In this document: one piece after another, positions 31,884 to 40,492 of the stretch
How positions within the stretch are numbered: position 1 is the stretch's first letter
Layout: the number at the start of each line of letters is the position of its first letter
Assembly (NCBI GenBank): GCA_001799715.1
Contig: MGTZ01000009.1
Span: 17,082-81,081 of the forward strand
DNA length: 64,000 bases
DNA from: Elusimicrobia bacterium GWB2_63_16
Lineage (GTDB): Bacteria > Elusimicrobiota > Elusimicrobia > Elusimicrobiales > UBA9959
Reading direction: 5' to 3'
The notes under the pieces: model-generated
The model's input: only the letters and a program-made list of their open reading frames with translations
Databases searched by the model: none
Told to the model about the DNA's origin: nothing
Made by a program: the position numbers and the translations under genes

Positions 31884-32245
31884 TGGAAGACAGGAAAATG
31901 AAGATAGAAGACGCGCTGAAAGAATATGCCGGCCGCCTGAACGACCCGGACGCCTCGGCCAGCGTCACCGGTCCCTGCGGCGACACGATGGAGTTTTATA
32001 TCAATATCGAAGGGGACAAGATCAGCAAGATAAGGTATCACGCCGAGGGCTGCGGCGTCACGCAGGCCTGCGGGGCCGTGGTTTCATTTTACGCGGACCA
32101 GCGCCCGCTGGCCGAGGCGTTCTTCGTCTCTCCGGGGCTGGTGCTCAAGACCCTGGGGCAGGTGCCCGAAGACCATAAGCATTGCGCCATACTGGCCTCC
32201 ACCGCTTTTTACAGGGCGCTGGCCGATTACCTGATAAAACCCTGA
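31883..32245 (+). CDS. IscU/NifU-N-terminal-like Fe-S scaffold protein
   Basis: The three scaffold Cys contexts GPCGD, EGCGV and HKHCAIL, in 120 aa. Confidence 0.7.
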   Translation: MEDRKMKIEDALKEYAGRLNDPDASASVTGPCGDTMEFYINIEGDKISKIRYHAEGCGVTQACGAVVSFYADQRPLAEAFFVSPGLVLKTLGQVPEDHKHCAILASTAFYRALADYLIKP

Positions 32246-32985
32246 TGGAAGTCCGACTTCTCCTGCTCAGCCTGGCCGGCAGCGTGCTCAGCGTCGCGGC
32301 CGCCGGTCTATTCCTGGTCTTCCCGGAAAAGACGCGCAGGCAAATGGTGCCTTGCCTGGTCAGCTACGCCACCGGCACTCTGCTGGGCGCGGCCTTCCTG
32401 GGCATGCTGCCCAAGGCCTTGGGGATGGGCGCGCCGGCCTTGCCGGTACTGGCCGCCGCGCTTGCCGGGCTGTTCCTCTTCCTGGGCCTGGAGAAGACCC
32501 TGCTCTGGCGGCATTGCCACACTGAGAACTGCGAAGTGCATTCCTCGGCCGGCATCATGATAACGGTGGGCGACGCGCTGCACAACTTTATGGACGGCGT
32601 GCTGATAGGTTCGGCCATGCTGGTCTCGCCCGCGCTGGCTTTCAGTTCCACCCTGGCGGTGGTGGCGCACGAGATACCGCAGGAGACCGGGGACTTCGCC
32701 ATAATGCTCTCGGCGGGCTGGTCCGTGAAGAAAGCCATGGCGGCCAATATCGCGGCTTCGCTGGCCACCCTGCCGGGGGCTTTCGGGGCCTATTACCTGC
32801 TCGACTCTTTCAGGCCGGCGCTGCCCTATGTGCTGGCCGTCTCCGCGGCAAGTTTTATTTACATAGCGCTCGCAGATTTGATACCGGCCGCGCACCGCCA
32901 CCCGAAGCAGGGAAAGCCGGCGCTGCAGTTCCTGCTGGGCCTGGCCGGCGTGGGTACCATAGCCATTTTCGTTTTGAAACATTAA
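32245..32985 (+). CDS. ZIP-family divalent metal permease (ZupT-like)
   Basis: GDALHNFMDGVLIG and VVAHEIPQETGDFAIM motifs with about 8 TM helices. The ATG overlaps the upstream TGA. Confidence 0.8.
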   Translation: MEVRLLLLSLAGSVLSVAAAGLFLVFPEKTRRQMVPCLVSYATGTLLGAAFLGMLPKALGMGAPALPVLAAALAGLFLFLGLEKTLLWRHCHTENCEVHSSAGIMITVGDALHNFMDGVLIGSAMLVSPALAFSSTLAVVAHEIPQETGDFAIMLSAGWSVKKAMAANIAASLATLPGAFGAYYLLDSFRPALPYVLAVSAASFIYIALADLIPAAHRHPKQGKPALQFLLGLAGVGTIAIFVLKH

Positions 32986-32995
32986 GGGAGGGAAT

Positions 32996-33319
32996 ATGAA
33001 AATATGCGTATCCGCGATGGGCGGTTCCATGGAAGCTAAGGTGAGCGAGCGCTTCGGCCGCGCGCCTTACTTCGTGATAGTGGAGAGCGACGACATGAGC
33101 TTCTTGCCGGTGCTTAACGGCGCGGTCAGCATGCAGGGCGGCGCGGGCCCCGAAGCTGTGCGCCAGGCGGCCGAGCACGGCGCCAAAGTTGTGCTGACCG
33201 GAGAGCTGGGCGGCAACGCCAAAACGGCTGTTGAAGCCGCCGGCATAAAAGGCGTTACCGGCGTTTCCGGCACCAAGACCGTGCGGGAAGCCGTGGAAGA
33301 GTTCCTGGCTAAAAAATGA
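32996..33319 (+). CDS. NifX/NifB-C-terminal-like protein (second copy)
   Basis: RFGRAPYFVIVE...GAKVVLTGELGGNAKTAVEAAGI pattern, 107 aa. Confidence 0.7.
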   Translation: MKICVSAMGGSMEAKVSERFGRAPYFVIVESDDMSFLPVLNGAVSMQGGAGPEAVRQAAEHGAKVVLTGELGGNAKTAVEAAGIKGVTGVSGTKTVREAVEEFLAKK

Positions 33320-34134
33320 ACTCCTTCAAGTATTGTTATGGCCCGGTGGGATCGTGGCGGCTGGGAGTATCGCTCGGTATAGACCCGGTTTCGCAGCCGG
33401 AGAAGATCTGCACCTTCGACTGTACTTATTGTCAGTTGGGAACGCGTGCGGCGCAGGCGGCGCGCCGCCAGGTGTACGTGAGCCCCGCTGACCTGGGGGC
33501 GGAACTGGACCTGATAAAAGCCCCGGCAGATTACCTGACTTTTTCGGGACGCGGCGAGCCCACCATGGCGTCCAACCTGCCGGAACTGCTCCTGGAGTGC
33601 GGCCACCGCCGGCCGGAAAAGACCGCCATAATCACTAACGCTTCTATGATGTATTCGGAGAAGGTCAGGGAGGAACTGGCCTCCTTCGATTTTGTGCTGG
33701 CTAAACTGGACGCCCCGGACAGCGGCCTGTTCGGGAGCATAAACAGGCCCGGCCCCGGCGTATACTTTGAAGAGGTACTGCGCGGCCTGATCCTGTTCTC
33801 CAAGGGGCGGCGCGGCCGGCTGGCGATACAGACCATGGTCCTAGCCGCCAATAAAGATCAGGCCAAAGGCCTGGCGCGCCTTTACGCGGATATCGGCCCC
33901 GACGAGGTGCAGCTGAACACGCCGCTGCGTCCCTGCGCCGAGCGGCCGCTGCCCAGGGAGGAACTGGAGGCGGTGGCGGCCGCGGTGTCCGCCGAACTGT
34001 CGCGGCTCGGGGCCGGCGCCATAAGGATTATAAACGTGTACGGGGAAAAAGCCCCGGAGGTGGAGCCGGTCAGCGCGCCGGACACGCTGCTGCGGCGCGG
34101 CAAAACTCGCGGCGGCAAGGAAGGAGGAAAATGA
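33316..34134 (+). CDS. Small radical-SAM enzyme
   Basis: CTFDCTYCQ (CxxxCxxC) near the N-terminus and GEPT in FSGRGEPTM. 272 aa with ATGA overlaps on both sides. Confidence 0.75.
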   Translation: MNSFKYCYGPVGSWRLGVSLGIDPVSQPEKICTFDCTYCQLGTRAAQAARRQVYVSPADLGAELDLIKAPADYLTFSGRGEPTMASNLPELLLECGHRRPEKTAIITNASMMYSEKVREELASFDFVLAKLDAPDSGLFGSINRPGPGVYFEEVLRGLILFSKGRRGRLAIQTMVLAANKDQAKGLARLYADIGPDEVQLNTPLRPCAERPLPREELEAVAAAVSAELSRLGAGAIRIINVYGEKAPEVEPVSAPDTLLRRGKTRGGKEGGK

Positions 34135-34949
34135 ACACGCAGGAAGCCATGAAACAGCAGGGCGAAGAGATCTCCGCCAGGATGAAACTGGTGCGCCGCA
34201 AGGTGCTGGTGATGAGCGGCAAGGGCGGGGTGGGCAAGAGCACGGTGGCGGTGAACCTGGCCGCCGCCATGGCCGCAGCCGGCAAGAAGACCGGCCTGCT
34301 CGACATAGACCTGCACGGCCCCAACGTGCCGCGGATGCTGGGCATAGACGGCATGCGGCTGGAGTCCGACGGCGAGGACATTCTGCCTTACGCCGCCGCG
34401 CCCAACCTGTGGGCCTGCAGCATGGCGCTGCTCGGCGTGGATCCCTCCACGGCGCTCATCTGGCGCGGCCCGCGCAAGACCTCCGCCATCAAGGAGCTGC
34501 TCGGCGGAGTTAAATGGGGAACGCTTGATTATCTTTTCCTTGATTCTCCTCCCGGCACCGGCGACGAATCGCTTACCGCTGCCCAGTCCATCCCCGGCCT
34601 TACCGGCGCGGTTCTGGTGACCACCCCGCAGGAGGTGGCGCTCGACGACGCACGCCGCAGCGCTTCTTTCGCCGCCAGTATGAAGTTGAGAATACTCGGC
34701 GTGGTCGAGAACATGAGCGGTTTCGTCTGCCCAGGCTGCGGCCTGGAGACGCCGGTGTTCAGCAGCGGCGGCGGCGAGAAACTGGCCGCAGAGCTCAAGA
34801 CCTCGTTCCTCGGCCGTATACCGCTGGACCCGCTGGCCGTCAGCCGGGCCGACGCCGGGCGCACCCTGTTCGATATCGAATCCGGCAAGACCCGCGAGGC
34901 CGTGCGGGCCATAGCCGCTAAGTTCGAGGAGGCCTGCGCCGGCCTATGA
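34131..34949 (+). CDS. Mrp/NBP35/ApbC-family Fe-S cluster carrier ATPase
   Basis: VMSGKGGVGKSTVAVNLA, LDSPPGTGDE and the CPGCG (CxxC) cluster-bridging motif. Confidence 0.85.
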   Translation: MNTQEAMKQQGEEISARMKLVRRKVLVMSGKGGVGKSTVAVNLAAAMAAAGKKTGLLDIDLHGPNVPRMLGIDGMRLESDGEDILPYAAAPNLWACSMALLGVDPSTALIWRGPRKTSAIKELLGGVKWGTLDYLFLDSPPGTGDESLTAAQSIPGLTGAVLVTTPQEVALDDARRSASFAASMKLRILGVVENMSGFVCPGCGLETPVFSSGGGEKLAAELKTSFLGRIPLDPLAVSRADAGRTLFDIESGKTREAVRAIAAKFEEACAGL

Positions 34950-35224
34950 GCGCGCTCGGCATCAGGCTGTAGGTCGATCCCGGCCAGGCCCGGGCCCTGC
35001 AGCACTAAATCGACCGACTCAACGACCTGGTCTTTACCGAGCGCCTCTACCTGCCGGATAACGCAGGGGAGATAGTTTTGACAGGTTAAGGCCGCCTTTT
35101 TGTGGCTGACGGTCTCGGCCGTTTCGCTTTTCGCCATCCTGCGCTTTGGCCTGCGCGCCTGAGCGCGGGCGGCGTGTTTCGCCGGCCTCATGGCGCGCTG
35201 GCCGTTTTGACCTCCGTCTTAGTA

Positions 35225-35255
35225 ATGTGTTATTATTTCCATAAAGGTAACACAT
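35225..35255. promoter_or_regulatory. Inverted repeat overlapping the nikR start codon
   Basis: ATGTGTTA-N15-TAACACAT. The right arm contains the ATG at 35254. Confidence 0.55.
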
Positions 35256-35664
35256 GAACAACAAGCTCGTCAGGTTCGGCGTCTCGCTGGAGGGGGAACT
35301 CCTCCGTCGGTTCGACGCCTTTATAGGCGCCGAGGGGTATGATAACCGCTCGCAGGCCATAGCCGGGCTGATCCGCAAGGAGTTCGTCTCCGACTCGTTC
35401 GCGCACGGCGGCCCCGTGGCGGGCGCCGTCACCCTGGTGTACGACCACCACAAGCGCGAGGTAGTCAACAAGCTGATGGACATCCAGCACGACCACGGCG
35501 GGATCATAATCTCCTCGCAGCACGTGCACCTGGACCACGACAACTGCCTGGAGATCGTGGCCGTGAAGGGCCCCGGCGCCAAGGTGAAGGCCCTGGCCGA
35601 CGCCCTCAAGTCCGTGAAAGGCGTCAAGCACGCCACGCTCAGTGTGACCTGCTCGGGCAAATAA
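35254..35664 (+). CDS. nikR: Nickel-responsive regulator NikR (canonical ligand set)
   Basis: RHH N-terminus VRFGVSLEGELLRRFD...NRSQAIAGLIR. The C-domain carries YDHHKRE, QHDH, HVHLDHDNCLEIVAVKG, equivalent to the E. coli His/His/His/Cys Ni site. Confidence 0.85.
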   Translation: MNNKLVRFGVSLEGELLRRFDAFIGAEGYDNRSQAIAGLIRKEFVSDSFAHGGPVAGAVTLVYDHHKREVVNKLMDIQHDHGGIIISSQHVHLDHDNCLEIVAVKGPGAKVKALADALKSVKGVKHATLSVTCSGK

Positions 35665-35720
35665 TTTTTTTGCCTTTTGGTGTTACGAATATAGCAATAG
35701 TGCCACAAAAGGAACCCGTC

Positions 35721-37904
35721 ATGAACACCGCCGCCCTACTTCCCCTGCTCCTGCTGGCCCTGCCGCCCGTCCGCGCCGCGGCCGAGACCGAGGTCTGGGC
35801 CGGGCAGGTGGTGGGCGTGGCGGCCAGGGGGCCGAAAAGCGCGCGAAAAAATCCCGGCTCGGTCAGCGTGGTGGCCAGGCAGGACCTGGAGGCCAAGACC
35901 GTGCAGTCGGCCGATCAGGCGCTCAACGCGCTGCCCGGGGTGTTCAACCGCCGGGGCAAGGGGCTGATGGACACTTCCTCGGCGGTGACGCTGCGCGGCG
36001 TGCCGGAGCAGAAGCGCACGCTGGTCCTCTTCGACGGCGTCCCCATGAACGACGCTTATACCGGCGTGGTCTCTTTCGGCGGCATGCAGGCCGACGACAT
36101 AGAGCGCGTCGAAGTGGGGCGCGGGCCCTTCTCCGGTCTTTACGGCGGCAACGCCATGGGCGGGGTGGTGAATTTCGTGCCGCGGCGGCCGCTCAAGCGG
36201 GAGCTGACGCTCAAGCTGGGCGGCGGGGGCGCGCTGGGCCCCGGGCCGGCCATGGAACGCATGGCCAAAGGCTACCTCGCCTACGGCGACCGCCTCGGCC
36301 GTAAGGTCAGTTTCCTGGGCAGCTACGGCTACAAATACACCTCCGGGTTCCCGGCCGACCTCAACGTGCAGAGCGCCGCTCCCACGGCGGGCCTCTCCGG
36401 CTGGGAAGGCACCACCAGCAATACCGGCGCTCCGCGCTACCTGGTAGGCGACAAGGGCGACAACGGCTGGCGGGAAGCAAACTTGGCGCTGCGCGGCTGG
36501 TACGACCTCAGCGACGCCGACAAGCTCAGCGTCTCCTTCACGCACACCGACTATTCCTATTTCTACGGCGACCCCCACACTTACCTGCGCGACGCCGCCG
36601 GCGCCGAAGTCTGGACCTACGGCAGCGTGAAGGAAGGCACTTTCCTCGGCGGCGGCGGCGGGCGCCTGCAGAACAGCTTCTCCTCCGCCTACGACAGGAA
36701 AGGGGAAAGCTATGCGCTGCGGCTCTCGGCGGGCTATATAGATACCCTGAAGAGCTGGTATGTCACGCCGGCTTCGGCTTCGGCGCTGCGCTCCGGCGGC
36801 GCCGGAAAAGTGTCCGATACCCCGGCTTCCTCGCTTAATTCCGAGGCCCAGCTGACGCTGCCCGAGGTCCTGCCCCGCCACTCGCTGACCGGGGGGCTTT
36901 CCTACCGCTTCTCTGAAGCCGAGACCAGCGAGAACAATCTGGCCGACTGGCGCGACGAGCAGGCGAAAGGGGCGCTGACCTACCGCGCCGGCGGCAAGAA
37001 CGCGGACGTCGGCGCCTACCTGCAGGACGAGATCCGCCTGCACGACAGTCTCACCGCCTACCTGGCCGCCCGCGGCGACTGGTGGCGCACCTATGACGGC
37101 GCAGCGCAGCAGCCCGGCACCGCCGGCTACCCGGTTGCTTACGCCGCCCGCACCGGTTCCGCCTTAAGTCCCAAGGCCTCGCTGGTCTATAACCCGATAG
37201 AGAAGACCACCCTGCGCGCCTCTGCCGGCCGCTCTTTCCGCTCGCCCACCGTCTACGAGCTTTACCGCACCTGGACCTCCGGCACCAAGGTCTACCAGGG
37301 CAACCCCGACCTGGACCCGGAGACGGTGGACTCCTGGGACGCCGGCGTGGAACAGCGCCCCTGGCAGGGCCTCAAGCTGGGCGCGGTGTATTTCGAGAAC
37401 CGCATGAAGGACCTGGTGTACAGGCGCACGGTGAACGCCAGCCTGCTGATCTACGAGAACGCCGGAGAGGCCTTCGGAAAGGGCTGGGAGTTCGAGGCGG
37501 AACAGGTTTTTGGTACGGCGGGGCGACTGTTCGCCAACCTGACGCTCAACGACGCGGAGATCACCAGAAATCCGGCCAGCGCCGCCAGTGTGGGCAAGCG
37601 GCTGCAGGACCTGCCGGAGAAGATGTATTCCTTCGGCGGCGACCTCAAGGCGGGCCGGTTCAGCTTCGGAGCGCTGGGCCGCTACGTGGGTAAGCGCTGG
37701 ACCTCCGACGCCAACACCGATACGGTGGACGGGGTTTACAGTTCCCGCGACCCGTATTTCACGGCGGAGGCCAGGGCGGGCTGGAGCCCGCTGGAAGGCC
37801 TGGAAATCTCGCTGGCCGTGCAGAACCTCTTCGACAAGGTCTATTACGACTACTACCTCGCCCCGGGCCGCAGCTGGTTCGCGGAGCTGGCCTGGAAGCT
37901 GTAA
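35721..37904 (+). CDS. TonB-dependent outer-membrane receptor
   Basis: Signal peptide MNTAALLPLLLLALPPVRAAA. Plug motifs (SVSVVARQDLE, VTLRGV, VEVGRGPFSGLYGGNAMGGVVNFV) and a large barrel. The start is trimmed from the track ORF at 35670. Confidence 0.9.
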   Translation: MNTAALLPLLLLALPPVRAAAETEVWAGQVVGVAARGPKSARKNPGSVSVVARQDLEAKTVQSADQALNALPGVFNRRGKGLMDTSSAVTLRGVPEQKRTLVLFDGVPMNDAYTGVVSFGGMQADDIERVEVGRGPFSGLYGGNAMGGVVNFVPRRPLKRELTLKLGGGGALGPGPAMERMAKGYLAYGDRLGRKVSFLGSYGYKYTSGFPADLNVQSAAPTAGLSGWEGTTSNTGAPRYLVGDKGDNGWREANLALRGWYDLSDADKLSVSFTHTDYSYFYGDPHTYLRDAAGAEVWTYGSVKEGTFLGGGGGRLQNSFSSAYDRKGESYALRLSAGYIDTLKSWYVTPASASALRSGGAGKVSDTPASSLNSEAQLTLPEVLPRHSLTGGLSYRFSEAETSENNLADWRDEQAKGALTYRAGGKNADVGAYLQDEIRLHDSLTAYLAARGDWWRTYDGAAQQPGTAGYPVAYAARTGSALSPKASLVYNPIEKTTLRASAGRSFRSPTVYELYRTWTSGTKVYQGNPDLDPETVDSWDAGVEQRPWQGLKLGAVYFENRMKDLVYRRTVNASLLIYENAGEAFGKGWEFEAEQVFGTAGRLFANLTLNDAEITRNPASAASVGKRLQDLPEKMYSFGGDLKAGRFSFGALGRYVGKRWTSDANTDTVDGVYSSRDPYFTAEARAGWSPLEGLEISLAVQNLFDKVYYDYYLAPGRSWFAELAWKL

Positions 37905-37907
37905 AGC

Positions 37908-38858
37908 ATGTTGGCGCCTGAAATTACCAAAGCTTTCTCCGGCGGAACAAGCTTCCTGCTGCGGATGCTGCCCGTCTTCGCGGCCGCCGTCTATGCGGCC
38001 AACCTCGCGGGCAGGCTGGGCTGGCTCTCCGGCCTGGCCTGGCTGGCCGGACCGGTGATGCGGCTGGGACGGCTCAGCCCGAACTGCGGGCCCGGCTTCG
38101 TCACCAGCATAGTGTCGCCCACGGCGGGCCACGCCCTGCTGGCCGACCTGCGGGTGGCTGGAAAGCTGGACCGGCGCGAACTGACCGTGGCCGCCGTGGT
38201 CAATAACCTGCCCGGGGAGATCGCTGCTGGAAAGAGCGTGCTGCCGCTGGCCTTGCCGTTGCTGGGTTTCTTCGGGGCGGCCTATTACGGGGCGCTGCTG
38301 GCCGCCGCCGCGCTGAAAGCGCTGCTGATGCTGCTGGCCGGGCGGTTGTTGCTGCCCCGGCGCCCCCGCGCGGCGGCCGCCGCCCTCCGCCCGACGGGCG
38401 TGCCGCTGCGCGCTGCGGCCGCGGCCTCGCTCAAACCTTCGCTGCGGACCATGCTCAAGGTGCTCAAGACCATGGTCCCGGCGGCTTACCTCGTCTATTT
38501 CCTGCTGGCCGCCGGCTTTTTCGACAAGGCGGCCGGGCCGCTGGCTTTCCTGACCGAATACCTGCCGCTGAACCCGGCCGTGCTGCCGGTGGTGGCGGCC
38601 AGGCTGTTGAGCCCGGCCGGCGCTTATACCGTGGCCGGCGGGCTCTATGCCGCCGGCGCGGCCACCGGCTGGGAACTGGTGCTGGCGCTCTTCGCCGGCG
38701 CTTTCGCGGCTACCGCCACCAGCCTGCGCTATACCGTGCCGTATTATTTCGGCATCTTCGGCGCCGCCGACGGCACGGCGATAATAGCGGCGTCCCTGGC
38801 CTCGCGCCTGGCCGCCTACGGCGCGGTGCTGCTGGCGCTGGTATTCTTTATCTCCTGA
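37908..38858 (+). CDS. Polytopic membrane protein, nucleoside-recognition (FeoB Gate-like) domain suspected
   Basis: Starts 4 nt after the receptor stop. PVMRLGRLSPNCGPGFVTSIVSPTAGHALLADL...NNLPG resembles Gate-domain proteins. Multiple hydrophobic helices. Confidence 0.6.
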   Translation: MLAPEITKAFSGGTSFLLRMLPVFAAAVYAANLAGRLGWLSGLAWLAGPVMRLGRLSPNCGPGFVTSIVSPTAGHALLADLRVAGKLDRRELTVAAVVNNLPGEIAAGKSVLPLALPLLGFFGAAYYGALLAAAALKALLMLLAGRLLLPRRPRAAAAALRPTGVPLRAAAAASLKPSLRTMLKVLKTMVPAAYLVYFLLAAGFFDKAAGPLAFLTEYLPLNPAVLPVVAARLLSPAGAYTVAGGLYAAGAATGWELVLALFAGAFAATATSLRYTVPYYFGIFGAADGTAIIAASLASRLAAYGAVLLALVFFIS

Positions 38859-38867
38859 GGAGGCCCT

Positions 38868-39422
38868 ATGACTGAAAATCCGCAAACTAAGGACAGTTAT
38901 CTGGAAGGCCGGCGGCTGGAGTCCGTCGCCAGAAAACAGAATTCTCCCGGCGCCTGGCTGAAGTTCGCGGCGGTCAAGGCCGCCAAGGGCAGCTACGCGC
39001 TGGCCGCTATGGGCTTCCTGAACTCCGGTATCTTGGCCGAAGCCGGCGGCGGGGCGCCGGCGGCCGCGGCCTATGAGCGGGGCCTGGCGGTCTGTTTGAA
39101 AGGCGGCCTCAAAGAGGTCGCCCTCATTCTTGTTTCAAGGCTAGCGGCCCTGCGCGAACGCGCCGGTGACTTCTCCGGGGCCGCGGCGGCTTATGAAAGT
39201 TTTGCTTCCTTCTGCGAGGGCGCCGGTGCTTTTTTCCTGGCCGCGGACGCCGGCGAGCACGCGGCGGAGCTGCGCCTGGCGGCCGGGGAGGAACTCTCCG
39301 CCTACACCAAACCGGCGGAATTGTGGCTGCGCAACGCGGAGTACTGGAAAGACAAGAACGCCGGCGACGAGGCCTGGAGCCGCCGTCGGGCGGAGCTCTA
39401 CCTGGAGGCCGTAAAGAAATGA
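38868..39422 (+). CDS. Ala-rich helical (TPR-like?) hypothetical protein
   Basis: GAGGAGG lies upstream of the ATG. 184 aa of helical-repeat-like composition. No family recognised. Confidence 0.5.
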   Translation: MTENPQTKDSYLEGRRLESVARKQNSPGAWLKFAAVKAAKGSYALAAMGFLNSGILAEAGGGAPAAAAYERGLAVCLKGGLKEVALILVSRLAALRERAGDFSGAAAAYESFASFCEGAGAFFLAADAGEHAAELRLAAGEELSAYTKPAELWLRNAEYWKDKNAGDEAWSRRRAELYLEAVKK

Positions 39423-40492
39423 CCGGCGTGCTCTTTCACGGCCCGGAGGTGTTCGACAGCGGCTGGGCGGCGCGCTTCAAGCGCGCCTTCCCGCGCGGCC
39501 GCTTCATGCTGGCCGGCACCATGTCGCGCACTGCCCTGCACGACAGCGGCCTGGAAGGGGTGGCGGCGCCGGGGCTTCAGCCTTCGGCCTGCCTGAAACT
39601 CCTCGGTAAAAAATGTTCGGCGCTGCTGATCGCCACCGCCAGCAAATCGGAGAAATCCGGCCTGACCTTCGGCGGGCTGGTGACCGGCCGGGCGGGGCTT
39701 AAGCTGCCGGTGGTTCAGGCCGAATGCGCCGGTCCCGTCTACGCCGCGCACGCCGGGGCCTGCCCACCGCGCCTCGCGGCCGCGTTGGGCAAACTCGGTT
39801 TTTTGAGGACCCGGGCCCCGGAGACGCGTATCGAACTTTGGAACGAGGGCGGCGCGCTCTGCAGACGCCTGACCACCTGCGCGAAAGGGGATTTCATTTT
39901 AGTCGACGGCATAGTTGTAGGCCGGGCGAATGGGACGGAAGTCGTCCTGGTGGCGAGGGACAGGGCGATAACGGAGCTGCGCGGCGTCACCGTAAAACCC
40001 CACGGCCTGGAGAAAGTGAGGCGCCTCGGCGGCGTGGACCTGGCCGCGGCCAAACTGGCCTCTACCCGCACCCTGCGGCGCGGCGGCCGCGCGCGGATAC
40101 TGAAAGCCGCCGGCAAAGGCGTGGTCTTTATCGATCATGCGGGTATGCACGTCTACGCGCTGGCTGAAAAGGCGGCGGGAGCGGTCACGGTGGGGGATGA
40201 CACTACCGCAGTGGCCGGGGATATACTGCGGCGCTACGGCGTCCCGGTGGTGGGGATAGTCGACGGCGACGGCGACGGAATACATCAAGGGGGGAGCCTG
40301 GCTCCGGGTTCGGTAGTGCTTACCGTAAAAGCCGATGATAGGGAAGGCCTGCGCGTGCGCCGCCTCATTTTCCGCGGCAGCGGCAGGACTGGGAAAAGTT
40401 TCAGCAGGGTAAGGTCGGAAATAGAACACCTGCTGTCGGGCGTATTGTTAGGTCGTCGCCAGGTGATGGAAAGTTGTAAAATATGTTCATGA
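39419..40492 (+). CDS. Conserved hypothetical protein (possibly DUF2117-like; low-confidence family call)
   Basis: ATGA overlap with the upstream gene and coding-like composition over 357 aa. Motifs GDFILVDGIVVGRA and VVGIVDGDGDG. The 5' extension in the track is discarded. Confidence 0.5.
   Translation: MTGVLFHGPEVFDSGWAARFKRAFPRGRFMLAGTMSRTALHDSGLEGVAAPGLQPSACLKLLGKKCSALLIATASKSEKSGLTFGGLVTGRAGLKLPVVQAECAGPVYAAHAGACPPRLAAALGKLGFLRTRAPETRIELWNEGGALCRRLTTCAKGDFILVDGIVVGRANGTEVVLVARDRAITELRGVTVKPHGLEKVRRLGGVDLAAAKLASTRTLRRGGRARILKAAGKGVVFIDHAGMHVYALAEKAAGAVTVGDDTTAVAGDILRRYGVPVVGIVDGDGDGIHQGGSLAPGSVVLTVKADDREGLRVRRLIFRGSGRTGKSFSRVRSEIEHLLSGVLLGRRQVMESCKICS

Noticed and set aside
34529-35191. 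220-aa minus-strand ORF whose N-terminus might be a transposase or integrase remnant.
   Set aside because: I recognised no transposase, integrase or HTH motif. Two thirds of the ORF is antisense to the Mrp gene, and no terminal repeats flank it. It is kept only as an unexplained gap in the findings.
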